IMG/VR virus record: IMGVR_UViG_3300048930_000242
Span: 32,001 to 96,000 of that record
Source of the DNA: a virus
Direction: 5' to 3' (one strand)
DNA length: 64,000 nt
The notes beneath the pieces were generated by a model. That model had not been told where the DNA came from. It searched no databases and saw only the letters and a program-made list of their open reading frames with translations. The number at the start of each line of letters is the position of its first letter. Positions within the stretch are counted from its first letter, which is position 1. Of this stretch, positions 54,656 through 63,528 are shown in pieces. The translations under genes were made by a program, and so were the position numbers.

Positions 54656-54862
54656 TCACCAGGTCGCGAGAAGAGGATACCCAAGCTTCTTGAGTTCCTC
54701 GTCCACTTCAACCAACGAATGACATGGAATTGCAGCAAGCATGATCGGAGTCTGAATTCGAATCGACCACTTGAACCGATGCTCCGGTCGATTCTTGAGC
54801 AGAGTGATCTGGCAAGTTCCTCGTTCTCGCTCGATGTCGAGCTTATTGTAGACCGCTGTCAT
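54656..54862 (-). CDS. Hypothetical (start MTAVY at 54862)
   Basis: GGAG SD before the ATG. Confidence 0.55.
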   Translation of the reverse strand: MTAVYNKLDIERERGTCQITLLKNRPEHRFKWSIRIQTPIMLAAIPCHSLVEVDEELKKLGYPLLATW

Positions 54863-54872
54863 GCTGCTCTCC

Positions 54873-54898
54873 GGGTGATCTAGGTGAATTCTGAGAAG
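54873..54898. repeat. 26-bp perfect direct repeat, copy 1
   Basis: GGGTGATCTAGGTGAATTCTGAGAAG. Confidence 0.9.
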
Positions 54899-54926
54899 CA
54901 AGGTGGACTGACATCCACCTTGCTTC
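54895..54926 (-). terminator. Hairpin after the AAA gene
   Basis: GAAGCAAGGTGGA-CTGACA-TCCACCTTGCTTC. Confidence 0.65.
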
Positions 54927-54936
54927 AAGCTCGTGA

Positions 54937-55992
54937 TTAGGCAGCGCGAGCGGCCATCAGGCTCTTCCACTTCGCGGCCGGCTTCAGCACCGAGTGGATC
55001 GCCAGCTCCATCCAATCACCGCCGGTCTTGCGGAGGCCAGCAACTTTGACCACCGTGCGGAGCGAGAGCTCCTGGAGGTCCGAGACGTGGCTGGTGATGA
55101 AGTTCACCACGTCGGCCGTCTGAGAGTCGGTCAGGTCGAACTTGTTCAGCATGCCTTCGCCAACCAGCGAGGTGATGCGGATCAGCATGTCCGACTGATT
55201 GGAGATACCCAGGTCCAGGTAGAAGCAACGGCTCTTCAGAGCGTCCAAGTGCGGCTGGAGGCGCTTCTGAGTGTTCTTGTCGAAGTTCAGGTTGGTCAGG
55301 AAGATCACCGAGCCGTGGAACTCGAACTTGTTCGGGATGTCATTCTTGGCCAACGTGAAGGACTCGGAGTTCCAAGAGACGAACCGGCGCTCCGAAGAAT
55401 CCAAGACGGCCTTGAGGATGTTCAGTGCTTCGTCATCATGAAGCACCGAATCACAATCATCGAAGACCACCACGTTGTGGCGACCACGATTGTGATAGAG
55501 AGTCTGGTAAAGGCAAATCGCCGAGCTCTTGCCCTTGACGATCTCATAGTTCTCTTCCGGAAGATTGTTCACGATGGTCTCTTCGACCGAGAAGCTCTTG
55601 CCGATGCCCGGAGGACCAGAGACGACCAAACCGCGGATCATGCCCTTGATGGCACCGCGGGTCATCGTCGTGATGATCTCGAAGCTCTTCTTGATGCGGG
55701 TGGCGGCTTGCTCCGAAGTTTCGGTCGAGCGAACCATCTGCTCGAAGTCGACTTCTTCGACCATCGTCTCGAGCACGCCGGTCGGCTCTTCTTCGGTCGA
55801 AGCTCCAACCACCGCGAAATCCTTCTTGGCGCAGTAAAGACGAGCAACCTGGCCGTTATGGAGCTTGACCGTGACGAACGAGCCCTTGTTGCCACCTTCG
55901 CTGAACGGACGAACCATCATGTAGCGACCGGAGACTGCCTGGCTGCGAAGGGTGCCTTTCTTGACTTCGATGACCTTTGCCGTTTCCATCAT
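54937..55992 (-). CDS. AAA+/P-loop ATPase
   Basis: GPPGIGKS, VVVFDDCD, IFLTN, ALKSR. Confidence 0.88.
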   Translation of the reverse strand: MMETAKVIEVKKGTLRSQAVSGRYMMVRPFSEGGNKGSFVTVKLHNGQVARLYCAKKDFAVVGASTEEEPTGVLETMVEEVDFEQMVRSTETSEQAATRIKKSFEIITTMTRGAIKGMIRGLVVSGPPGIGKSFSVEETIVNNLPEENYEIVKGKSSAICLYQTLYHNRGRHNVVVFDDCDSVLHDDEALNILKAVLDSSERRFVSWNSESFTLAKNDIPNKFEFHGSVIFLTNLNFDKNTQKRLQPHLDALKSRCFYLDLGISNQSDMLIRITSLVGEGMLNKFDLTDSQTADVVNFITSHVSDLQELSLRTVVKVAGLRKTGGDWMELAIHSVLKPAAKWKSLMAARAA

Positions 55993-56013
55993 GTTCTCCT
56001 AGAGTATGTGTAG

Positions 56014-56058
56014 ATCATACCACAATGGATAGAGCATGTAAACGGCTGAATTGTAAAC
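56014..56058 (-). promoter_or_regulatory. Early promoter GTTTACAATT-N6-TTTACA-17-TATGAT
   Basis: Repeated family. Confidence 0.8.
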
Positions 56059-56072
56059 TAGAGTACCAATGT

Positions 56073-56098
56073 GGGTGATCTAGGTGAATTCTGAGAAG
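56073..56098. repeat. 26-bp perfect direct repeat, copy 2
   Basis: Identical to 54873-54898. Confidence 0.9.
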
Positions 56099-56169
56099 AG
56101 TGGTGGATGGTAACCCTGGTTGAAGAACCTAGGTGAACTTGGCACTTCTAAGTGACTGATTTCAAACAG

Positions 56170-56197
56170 AAGAAAAGGGACCTTGCGGCCCCTTTTG
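56170..56197 (-). terminator. Rho-independent terminator
   Basis: AAAAGGGGCC-GCAA-GGTCCCTTTTCTT on the - strand. Confidence 0.75.
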
Positions 56198-56198
56198 G

Positions 56199-56357
56199 TT
56201 ACTCTTCAGAATACTTTCGTCGATCTTTTTCCTTTCGCTGGCGTTCTCGTTCAAGAGCCTCGCGCTTGTGTTCCTTCGTTCGTGTGGGATCTGGACGTCG
56301 AGTAAACTTCTCGAAGCGGACATCCAATTCGTCTTCACGATCACGACTTTTGCTCAT
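56199..56357 (-). CDS. 52-aa highly charged protein, absent from the ORF track
   Basis: MSKSRDREDELDVRFEKFTRRPDP...KYSEE*; followed by a terminator. Confidence 0.6.
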   Translation of the reverse strand: MSKSRDREDELDVRFEKFTRRPDPTRTKEHKREALERERQRKEKDRRKYSEE

Positions 56358-56380
56358 GGTGGTTCTTTATTGCCTCTCTT

Positions 56381-56781
56381 TTAGGACTGGGAAGTTGCCG
56401 CTACGTACTGCTCCAGGCATGCGGCACGAAGCTCTGGAGAATTCCATTCATACATGTCAGGAAGGTCAAGAGTGACCAACTCCGGCTCGTAATCTTGAAG
56501 TGACTTTCCGTGACTCTGGAGAACTTCTCGTTTTACATCTTCTTCGACAAACACGACCTCATCGGGGCCCACTTCAGGTGGACTTGGTCAAGCGGCACCA
56601 ATGCGAAGTGCGGAGAGTAGCCAACGGCTCGGGTGTTGTACCCAAACTTCTCATGGAGCACATTGGCCAAAGTTGGACTTCGGAGCATTCCGGCCGAGCA
56701 CACACAAAGGACCTTCTTAACCTTCGTCTGGTACTCGTTCTTCGCGTTGCCTAGTCGGTTCATCAAGCTCATTCTAAACAC
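56381..56781 (-). pseudogene. LMW protein-tyrosine-phosphatase-like gene split by a frameshift near 56565
   Basis: VLCVCSAGMLRSPT P-loop; expected 'KWADEVVFVE' is split over two frames at TGGGCCCCGATGAG. Confidence 0.7.
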
Positions 56782-56831
56782 CTCTTTGTTGAGGGGCCAA
56801 AGAAGCTCTGGCCCATTAAGTATCTACATTT

Positions 56832-57104
56832 TCAAGCGCTGGTCGGCACGGTCGCTGTCTTCGGCCAGTACTTCTTCTCGGACTCGGTCATGTAGCCCTT
56901 GGAGCGGAGTATCTCTAGCGGCGCGATGCCCTTCTCGTACTCGGCCTTGTACTCCTCGACGGTGAAGTGCTTGGCCAGAAAGTTGATGAAGCTGGTCCGG
57001 ATCTTCCGGTTGTACTTGAAGCGCGCGATGAACATGCCGCAGACACCGCCGTACATGAGGTACTCGCCGGCGGTGAAGTTGGCTTTCTGGAATTTGGTGC
57101 TCAT
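56832..57104 (-). CDS. Hypothetical early protein
   Basis: MSTKFQKANF; has its own promoter. Confidence 0.65.
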   Translation of the reverse strand: MSTKFQKANFTAGEYLMYGGVCGMFIARFKYNRKIRTSFINFLAKHFTVEEYKAEYEKGIAPLEILRSKGYMTESEKKYWPKTATVPTSA

Positions 57105-57132
57105 GGTCTCATTCCTATTCGGGTATAGTTGG

Positions 57133-57177
57133 ATCATACCATAGTGGACGATCCATGTCCACTACTGAATTGTAAAC
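57133..57177 (-). promoter_or_regulatory. Early promoter GTTTACAATT-N6-TGGACA-17-TATGAT
   Basis: Repeated family. Confidence 0.8.
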
Positions 57178-57181
57178 AATG

Positions 57182-57499
57182 TTACGCCAAGGCGATCTTC
57201 AGAGCACGCTCGACGATCTGAAGAGTTCCAGGAGATCGAGAGTAACTCGAGACGATATTTTCGCCTTGTCCATAGAAGAGGACGATCCCACCGACAATTG
57301 TCGGTCCATTGAAGAAACGAATAGTGTCTTCATCAGTGACGCCCATACTTTCAAGGATTTCCTCTTCAAAGCATGAATGAGAAATCGCTTCTTCTTCTCC
57401 ATTATGGATTGACACAGTGTATCCACGCACCAAAATTTCATGAATAAGTGCTTGAGCAATACGAGATTCGATCTGCATAGGAAGATTGAAAATGCTCAT
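57182..57499 (-). CDS. Hypothetical early protein
   Basis: MSIFNLP...GYTVSIHNGEE. Confidence 0.6.
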   Translation of the reverse strand: MSIFNLPMQIESRIAQALIHEILVRGYTVSIHNGEEEAISHSCFEEEILESMGVTDEDTIRFFNGPTIVGGIVLFYGQGENIVSSYSRSPGTLQIVERALKIALA

Positions 57500-57530
57500 T
57501 TGGACTTCTCTTTGCGGTTGGTAGAAGTAA

Positions 57531-57559
57531 ATCATACCATAGTGGCTTGACCTTGTACA
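57531..57559 (-). promoter_or_regulatory. Early promoter TGTACA-17-TATGAT
   Basis: Repeated family, lacks the upstream box. Confidence 0.7.
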
Positions 57560-57642
57560 GCTTTCTTTTCCGTAATGACCAATTGTTTACAATCTCTTGC
57601 TGCACAACTTTTCTAGCTTGTGCAGCAAGAGCGCTTCTCCTT

Positions 57643-58473
57643 TTAGCGACTGATGATCGAAAGTGACGGATGGGCAATTGGCTCGTTGTACATGGCCAAG
57701 ACATCCGAAACCACTCGTGAACGAACAACGTCTCTTTCGTCAAGCTGGTCGACCGAGATCAACTTGGTCCGTGATTTGGCTAGACGGTTTCTAAGGTCGA
57801 CCAGGCCGTTCTCAGAGGCCTTCAGGTCTGATTGATTTGGGTCTCCAAGGATGACCGTCTTGGAGTTCTCACCGGCTCGGGTGGTCAAGCATTTCATCTG
57901 GGAGATGGTCGAGTTGCTCATCTCGTCGGCCAGAACAAAGGCATCCGAGAAGGTGCTACCACGCATGAAGGCGAACGGACGAATCTGAATGACACCTTTC
58001 TCAATCAGATGGTTTGTCATTCGACCACCAACAAGTGTAACAAAGCAGTCCAAGATCGGAAGCACATAAGGGAGCATCTTCGAATCGACGCCACCAGGCA
58101 AGAAGCCTAGTTGCTCGTCGGACTCAACAGCTGGCCTTGTGATAATCACTCTTTCAATTCGCTCGTCTCGAAGAAACTCAAGAGCGGTAAGAACTGAAAG
58201 GAAAGTCTTTCCTGAACCAGCTGGACCAATGATGACCGACATTGGAAGCTCGGATCGGAGGTTATGAAGAACCTCTGCTTGGCCTTGTGTTTTCGGCTCA
58301 ATCAACTTATGGATCTTGATCTCGGAACCACGTATTGGCTCGAAATATCCCATCCGAATAGCATCGGACTTTGTTTGGTTGATTGAACCTAGCAGCGGTT
58401 CCTCTTCGCGGCGCGTTTCTGACCGAGAGTACTTTTGCTGCTTTTTCTCATAATTAGAGTTTCTTCTGCCCAA
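57643..58473 (-). CDS. phoH: PhoH-like ATPase
   Basis: GPAGSGKT, TRPAVE, LGFLPG, FMRGSTF, GDPNQSD. Confidence 0.95.
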   Translation of the reverse strand: MGRRNSNYEKKQQKYSRSETRREEEPLLGSINQTKSDAIRMGYFEPIRGSEIKIHKLIEPKTQGQAEVLHNLRSELPMSVIIGPAGSGKTFLSVLTALEFLRDERIERVIITRPAVESDEQLGFLPGGVDSKMLPYVLPILDCFVTLVGGRMTNHLIEKGVIQIRPFAFMRGSTFSDAFVLADEMSNSTISQMKCLTTRAGENSKTVILGDPNQSDLKASENGLVDLRNRLAKSRTKLISVDQLDERDVVRSRVVSDVLAMYNEPIAHPSLSIISR

Positions 58474-58601
58474 AAGAGAAGCTCCTGTAGTGATAAATGA
58501 GTTTTGAGTACAGCGAGGAAAAGACGTCCGAAATTTGATTGGGCTTCAGCAGTATACTGCTCGAATAACTAGATTATTTCTTTCTGTCTTTTCCTACAAA
58601 C

Positions 58602-58766
58602 TTATCTATCTGATTCCAGGCAGACTTCCTTCAAGAGTCGAATCTCGTTTTCAATATGCTCGAAGAGATCCACTCCGTAGGTCTCTTTCTTTTCGGCGAA
58701 GTAATTGCGGCCTCTGGTGCATATCCGCTCAAGGATCTCGAATCTACTCTCTAGGATTGATTTCAT
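58602..58766 (-). CDS. Small hypothetical
   Basis: MKSILESRF; ATGA coupling. Confidence 0.45.
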   Translation of the reverse strand: MKSILESRFEILERICTRGRNYFAEKKETYGVDLFEHIENEIRLLKEVCLESDR

Positions 58767-59164
58767 TTCACCAGGTTCGCGAAATATGGCTGCTCCCATT
58801 CTCGGCAATATTTGTCAGTGCAATAGATCCTGTACCAAGCCTTTGAAAGAGGTCGACTAATTTCATCGATAATTCTACCGGCCCATGATGGATGAACGGT
58901 TTGATCTTCGATAGATTGCTTAAACCATTCATGATCGTTAATGCTACGAGCGATATTCAAAAGATCTCGGCGCACATCGAAGAAAATAGTTGGATCTTGT
59001 TGAATGAAGTCGGTTTCATTATTCTTGAAACAAGAATCTGCTCTTGGCTTCAGGCGTAGCATAATAAGATTGATTTCTTCGCAAAGAGATTCATGAGCTA
59101 AACACGAAGCAACATCATGAAACATTGACCCATCATTTGCTTCAAATCGAATAATTTCTTTCAT
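58763..59164 (-). CDS. Hypothetical
   Basis: 133 aa; FEANDG..F...CLAHE. Confidence 0.6.
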   Translation of the reverse strand: MKEIIRFEANDGSMFHDVASCLAHESLCEEINLIMLRLKPRADSCFKNNETDFIQQDPTIFFDVRRDLLNIARSINDHEWFKQSIEDQTVHPSWAGRIIDEISRPLSKAWYRIYCTDKYCREWEQPYFANLVK

Positions 59165-59174
59165 TTTGAGATTC

Positions 59175-59504
59175 CTATTTCACCAGGTAGAAAGCAATTG
59201 AAGAACCGACAAGAGCACCAAATGCCGCACCTAACGCGTAGAGAAACCTATCAATGGCTCCACCGAATACAACCTTTCGGATATTGTGAGTCCAGATAAT
59301 AGAGATCATGAAGCTCGTCAGAAAGATTCCAAGAGGAACATATTTGGCGACCAAATAGGAATTTGCTCCAACGAATGCTACTTGAATGAATCCAGTAGAG
59401 AACAGCATCACTCGATCCTTGGTCGAACTAATAACAATGCTTGTCCGACGGTCCACTCGCTTGACCTCTTCTTCAGTGCTCAATCGCCACCACCAGAGCT
59501 GCAT
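59175..59504 (-). CDS. Small membrane protein (true start probably downstream)
   Basis: Three hydrophobic segments. Confidence 0.55.
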   Translation of the reverse strand: MQLWWWRLSTEEEVKRVDRRTSIVISSTKDRVMLFSTGFIQVAFVGANSYLVAKYVPLGIFLTSFMISIIWTHNIRKVVFGGAIDRFLYALGAAFGALVGSSIAFYLVK

Positions 59505-59806
59505 GAAGAAGAACCAGAGTCAGAAGAAGACGAGCATGAATCATTTGAAGAGTACGACAAATCAATTGCCGCATACGAAGACAATTTTGGTGGGCTCACT
59601 CCAAAATCAGCAAGAGTTCGATTATTTGCGCTTGGATATTCTGGCGCAAGCGGAGTAGTATATCGACGGGTCTCTGGGATCTCCAGGTCAATATCGATTT
59701 CTGGAAATTCAATAGCCGACTTTCTATTAGATCGCCGAATCAAATAATACAGCACAACCACTGCAATCAATGCGATAATAATGAAGACAACAAATTCGGT
59801 GCTCAT
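59480..59806 (-). CDS. Membrane-anchored protein with Ser/Gly tail
   Basis: N-terminal TM; SSSSDSGSSSCSSGGGD. Confidence 0.6.
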   Translation of the reverse strand: MSTEFVVFIIIALIAVVVLYYLIRRSNRKSAIEFPEIDIDLEIPETRRYTTPLAPEYPSANNRTLADFGVSPPKLSSYAAIDLSYSSNDSCSSSSDSGSSSCSSGGGD

Positions 59807-59817
59807 TTCGGTTTTCC

Positions 59818-60099
59818 TTAATTGGTCACATCACTAGAAACTGGATCGATGTAAACATGCCAAACCAGTCCGTTATTCATCAGAGCGGTTCCGACATATT
59901 CAAGACTATAGTCGTCAAATTCATTTCCGGTGCCGGCGATATGAACATTAACAATACATGGCTTTGCTCGATCATCGGTCATCATCCATAGACACAAAAC
60001 TCCATTCTGCTCATGGACAGAGAGAGGCTTGAAACCACGGAAAGAATGAATCTTCTGCTCGTCGGTGATCTTCAGCTGATACTTCAGGATGCGCTTCAT
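59818..60099 (-). CDS. Conserved phage hypothetical
   Basis: MKRILKYQL...GTG...LVWHVY. Confidence 0.65.
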   Translation of the reverse strand: MKRILKYQLKITDEQKIHSFRGFKPLSVHEQNGVLCLWMMTDDRAKPCIVNVHIAGTGNEFDDYSLEYVGTALMNNGLVWHVYIDPVSSDVTN

Positions 60100-60104
60100 G
60101 TCAT

Positions 60105-60467
60105 TTACTCCGGTTGCCAGTTCAAACAACGGTTAGATTCTTCACGAATGTCATCTTCGTATTTGCAAGCCCATTCCATATAGTCCCAGATCGCCTTGGC
60201 GCCAATAGGATTCTGAGAGTGAACATCGATCTCAGGAAACTCGGCATTGTGCCAAACGCAAAACCGGATCAACTGCTTGAGACAATCCAGGCCGGTCCGT
60301 GCTTCACCCAGGTCATGGTCAAAAGAGACCTTGACCGGAGGACCGTACTCTTGGAGGACATTATTGAACTCAGCCCAAGAACGGACAATAATCGGTGCAC
60401 CATCCTCGAAGAAAGTCGAATGAGCTGGAGGAAAGCGTTCGTCATCAAGAAAGAGATTGTAGCTCAT
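60105..60467 (-). CDS. Cyclic-phosphate-processing receiver-like domain protein
   Basis: LFLDDER, SFDHDLG, TGLD, VHSQNPIG. Confidence 0.75.
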   Translation of the reverse strand: MSYNLFLDDERFPPAHSTFFEDGAPIIVRSWAEFNNVLQEYGPPVKVSFDHDLGEARTGLDCLKQLIRFCVWHNAEFPEIDVHSQNPIGAKAIWDYMEWACKYEDDIREESNRCLNWQPE

Positions 60468-60579
60468 TTCGAATTCCTTGCCTTGGCTCGAAGGACCCTT
60501 GCCAGATAGTGCTTCGATCGGTAAATTTGCTGACTCCACTTATGAAGAAGGTAAATGTTCATCGATAGTCCAATTGACT

Positions 60580-60798
60580 TTAGTCGTCAAACTCATCACT
60601 GTCGCAAGTGACGGTTTCCATCGCCACTTGAAGAAGATGCTCGTAGTTGCTGGATGTCATGTTGTCCATGACGGCCTTGATCTCTTCCTGAGAGACTCCA
60701 CCACGACGAAGAACTCGAGTAAGCCGACCCATGATCGAGTAGGCATTTCCGTCTTCGCCGGCAAGCCTCATATGGAGTTGCGGATACTTGATGCTCAT
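60580..60798 (-). CDS. Conserved phage hypothetical
   Basis: GEDGNAYSIMG motif. Confidence 0.65.
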   Translation of the reverse strand: MSIKYPQLHMRLAGEDGNAYSIMGRLTRVLRRGGVSQEEIKAVMDNMTSSNYEHLLQVAMETVTCDSDEFDD

Positions 60799-60824
60799 GA
60801 TAAATCTCCAATTGGTAGAGTTAG

Positions 60825-60867
60825 ATTCTAACACTTCGGAGCCAGATTGTCCAGCTCCGAAGTGTTA
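60825..60867 (-). promoter_or_regulatory. Early promoter TGGACA-17-TAGAAT within a 14-bp inverted repeat
   Basis: TAACACTTCGGAGC/GCTCCGAAGTGTTA. Confidence 0.75.
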
Positions 60868-60880
60868 ACTTTAGAACCTA

Positions 60881-61885
60881 TCAGACCAGCGCCAACGCCT
60901 CGGTGAAGGCCTTGTTCTTCAAGCGCTCACCGGCTCCGAACCATGCTTCCGAGAGACGAGTGTCCAGATTTCGACGACCAGCATCGAAGTCCACATCGTG
61001 GGTGACCGCGTTCAGCAGGCCCCAAACGGTTCCCAGAGCGGTCGGCATATCAGAGCCAGGAGCGGTCCGAAGGATCTTCGCCATGTGCTGGATGGTCCGC
61101 TCATGCTTCCGAACGACCGGCTCGCCTTCCTTCAGATTGTGGTAGACCTTCAGGAGGTACTTCGCCTGCATCTCTTCGGTGACCGGAGTCGAGGCCATCT
61201 TCAGCATCTGACCCTTGAAGGTTTCCCAGGCCTCGCCGATCTTGAGATCGATCTTTGCCTGCTGAGCATCAAACTTCCGAGAGTGAGGAATCACCAGGCT
61301 CGATGCCGACTGCTCGGAGTTGCTCATGGTCAGAGTGTTGTTACAAACGACTCGGACCGAAGTGAACTTTGCCTGGGTGGCGACCGAACGATCGAAGGAA
61401 GTGGAGAGGAGCAGATAGGCCTTGACTTCATCGACGTCCTCCAGAGAGATCGCCATGTTGGTCGAAGCAAGCGCCCAGATCACTCGGCCGCTCTTGAGCA
61501 CTCCGGCGGTCTCCATCTTGAATCCGTAGCTTTCGGTCAGATCTCCGAAGAAGCCCATGACTTCGGCCGGCTGCACGATGTTGTATCGCGGAGAGACCAT
61601 GCCAAGGAAGCCACCAGTATCCGAGCGGACCAAAGCGTTGAGCTCCTCGATCGGACTGAAGCCAGTCTCGGCATAGATGCCGCCAGCTTCCTCGATCTGC
61701 TCGATCGTGTTGTTCGGATCGAATCCAAGTCGATAGCGATTCGCCTGCCACCCCATGCCGGACAGCTGAAGCCATTCCTCGAGGGTCTCATTGCCGGTCA
61801 TCGGAGTACCGAGACCATGCCAAGGCGGAAGACCAACCCAAGCAGTTGCTGCGCGACCAGTGGTCATATCGATCTCGTGGCTCAT
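60881..61885 (-). CDS. DUF932 family (phage/plasmid TIGR03299-like) protein
   Basis: PWHGLG, ETAGVL..GR.IWALA, RVVCNNTL, GTVWGLLNAVT. Confidence 0.88.
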   Translation of the reverse strand: MSHEIDMTTGRAATAWVGLPPWHGLGTPMTGNETLEEWLQLSGMGWQANRYRLGFDPNNTIEQIEEAGGIYAETGFSPIEELNALVRSDTGGFLGMVSPRYNIVQPAEVMGFFGDLTESYGFKMETAGVLKSGRVIWALASTNMAISLEDVDEVKAYLLLSTSFDRSVATQAKFTSVRVVCNNTLTMSNSEQSASSLVIPHSRKFDAQQAKIDLKIGEAWETFKGQMLKMASTPVTEEMQAKYLLKVYHNLKEGEPVVRKHERTIQHMAKILRTAPGSDMPTALGTVWGLLNAVTHDVDFDAGRRNLDTRLSEAWFGAGERLKNKAFTEALALV

Positions 61886-61921
61886 TTTGAAGCTCCTTGT
61901 TGATTGGTTGATTGTAGAATT

Positions 61922-61969
61922 ATTCTACCGCAATGGAGACCAGGTGTCCAGTCATTGTGGACACCTGGT
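61922..61969 (-). promoter_or_regulatory. Early promoter TGGACA-17-TAGAAT with a 12-bp inverted repeat
   Basis: ACCAGGTGTCCA/TGGACACCTGGT. Confidence 0.75.
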
Positions 61970-61979
61970 ACAATTCTGT

Positions 61980-62333
61980 TCAATCGATCCGGTAGCCGTA
62001 GGAGACGTCTTCGACGTTCTCGACCAGGCCAACGAGGATCAGAGCTTCGTTGAAGGCTCGAGCTCCGGCGATCTTGGCGTACATCGCCTGAGTGTTGAGG
62101 TTCGCCGGGTCCCAAACCTGGACGCCACGCTCACCGTAGGCCTTGTTGGCACCAAAGTGCTCTTTGAGGACCTTGGCCAGCGCCGAACGGCCATCCTTCA
62201 CGATGCACCAGGCGAAACCACACGGGTACCAATCGTTCGGATTGCGATCGAGGTACCGCTGAGTTGCCATCCGAGCCGCCATGAAGCACTCGTTGAGCTT
62301 CTGGATGATCTCGTTTTTGGTGAACTTGCTCAT
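61980..62333 (-). CDS. Hypothetical early protein
   Basis: YPCGFAW motif; has its own promoter. Confidence 0.65.
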   Translation of the reverse strand: MSKFTKNEIIQKLNECFMAARMATQRYLDRNPNDWYPCGFAWCIVKDGRSALAKVLKEHFGANKAYGERGVQVWDPANLNTQAMYAKIAGARAFNEALILVGLVENVEDVSYGYRID

Positions 62334-62365
62334 TGTGAATTTCCTGGTTGGTTGACTATGATAGA

Positions 62366-62410
62366 ATTCTACCACAACGGAGACCGCTTGTCCAGCAATG
62401 AATTGTAAAC
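62366..62410 (-). promoter_or_regulatory. Early promoter GTTTACAATT-N6-TGGACA-17-TAGAAT
   Basis: Repeated family. Confidence 0.8.
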
Positions 62411-62415
62411 TTGAG

Positions 62416-62781
62416 TTACGAAACCTGAGCGGCCAGGATGAACTCTTCGTAGGTGAACGGAGTGCTCGGCTTGATCAGCTCGATGAGCTTCTCGAAGAGA
62501 GCACGAGCGGCCTTGTCGCCGATCTCGCTCCGCCACGCTTCTTCGGCCATGCTGCGGATGTTCGGATTCGCCGCCATTGCGGAAGCGACCGACGGCTCAA
62601 AGAGACCGAGGTACCATGAGATCAGTTCGGAGCTCTTCGGAATCGGAGTGCCTGCGATAGCGGCATCAAGAACCTCGTGGATCTCTTCTTCGGTGCATCG
62701 ACCTTCATCGACACTCGCTTGGATGGCGCCTTCGATGCGAAAGGCAAGGGCACGGGCGTGAAGCATTTGGGTGGCATTCAT
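62416..62781 (-). CDS. Hypothetical
   Basis: 121 aa with AGGAG SD. Confidence 0.6.
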   Translation of the reverse strand: MNATQMLHARALAFRIEGAIQASVDEGRCTEEEIHEVLDAAIAGTPIPKSSELISWYLGLFEPSVASAMAANPNIRSMAEEAWRSEIGDKAARALFEKLIELIKPSTPFTYEEFILAAQVS

Positions 62782-62784
62782 GTG

Positions 62785-63111
62785 TTAGTCTCCTGAGTCT
62801 ACTTGACGGGTTGCGCCGCACTTGGCGCATGTGTGGAGGTAGAGACAATTGCCGATCTTGGCGGTCTCTACCCATTCATGGATGCATTCTTTGGCACGAG
62901 AGGCCGGCACATAGCCATGGCCACCGCACTGGTTGCAAGATCCGGACATGTTGGCGAACAATCGCCACTGTCCGTGACCTTTGCAGACCGGGCAGTCGAC
63001 CGGATCTTTCATGTAGGTCGGAACCTCTCGACGGAAGAGTCCATCGAACATCCGAGGGTCCGGGTTGTGGATCGGGTGCCAGTAGTTCGATTTGATCCAG
63101 AGGTTGCTCAT
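62785..63111 (-). CDS. Zn-finger protein (CxxCxGxG)
   Basis: CPVCKGHG, CNQCGGHG, CAKCG. Confidence 0.65.
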   Translation of the reverse strand: MSNLWIKSNYWHPIHNPDPRMFDGLFRREVPTYMKDPVDCPVCKGHGQWRLFANMSGSCNQCGGHGYVPASRAKECIHEWVETAKIGNCLYLHTCAKCGATRQVDSGD

Positions 63112-63458
63112 GTCGTCCACACTCGTCCAGTTGCTACGTTCACCAACGTAACGCCAGGTCCAAACTCAGCACGAGCCTCGGCGTCGTTCTTATCGCTCAC
63201 GGTCGCTTGCTTACCGCAAAGAGTCAAAAATGCAGCCAGATCTTCCGCTGCCGCCCGTTTACACGCCAGTAGATCAACCGCCAATCCAATATGGACGGCC
63301 AGTTCAAGACAGTCGGTCGGAGGGACAGCATTATTTGAGTCCCACCTGATGATGCCGTTGGTGATGGTCGCTTCGTTGCGAAGCTGATTAGCCACTCGCT
63401 CGGCGTCCTTGCGGAAGAATTCGTTGGTGGACTGGAGATCTTTGACCAAGTTTGCCAT
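63108..63458 (-). CDS. Hypothetical early protein
   Basis: 116 aa; EARAEFGPG..LVNV.TG. Confidence 0.6.
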   Translation of the reverse strand: MANLVKDLQSTNEFFRKDAERVANQLRNEATITNGIIRWDSNNAVPPTDCLELAVHIGLAVDLLACKRAAAEDLAAFLTLCGKQATVSDKNDAEARAEFGPGVTLVNVATGRVWTT

Positions 63459-63483
63459 GTTGCTTCTCCTAGACTATGATAGA

Positions 63484-63528
63484 ATTCTACCACAATGGAG
63501 AGGCCTTGTCCAGTGTTCAATTGTAAAC
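63484..63528 (-). promoter_or_regulatory. Early promoter GTTTACAATT-N6-TGGACA-17-TAGAAT
   Basis: Repeated family. Confidence 0.8.

Noticed and set aside
53835-63528. Repeated AATTGTAAAC motifs as a CRISPR array
   Set aside because: Irregular kb-scale spacing with genes in between; explained as promoters
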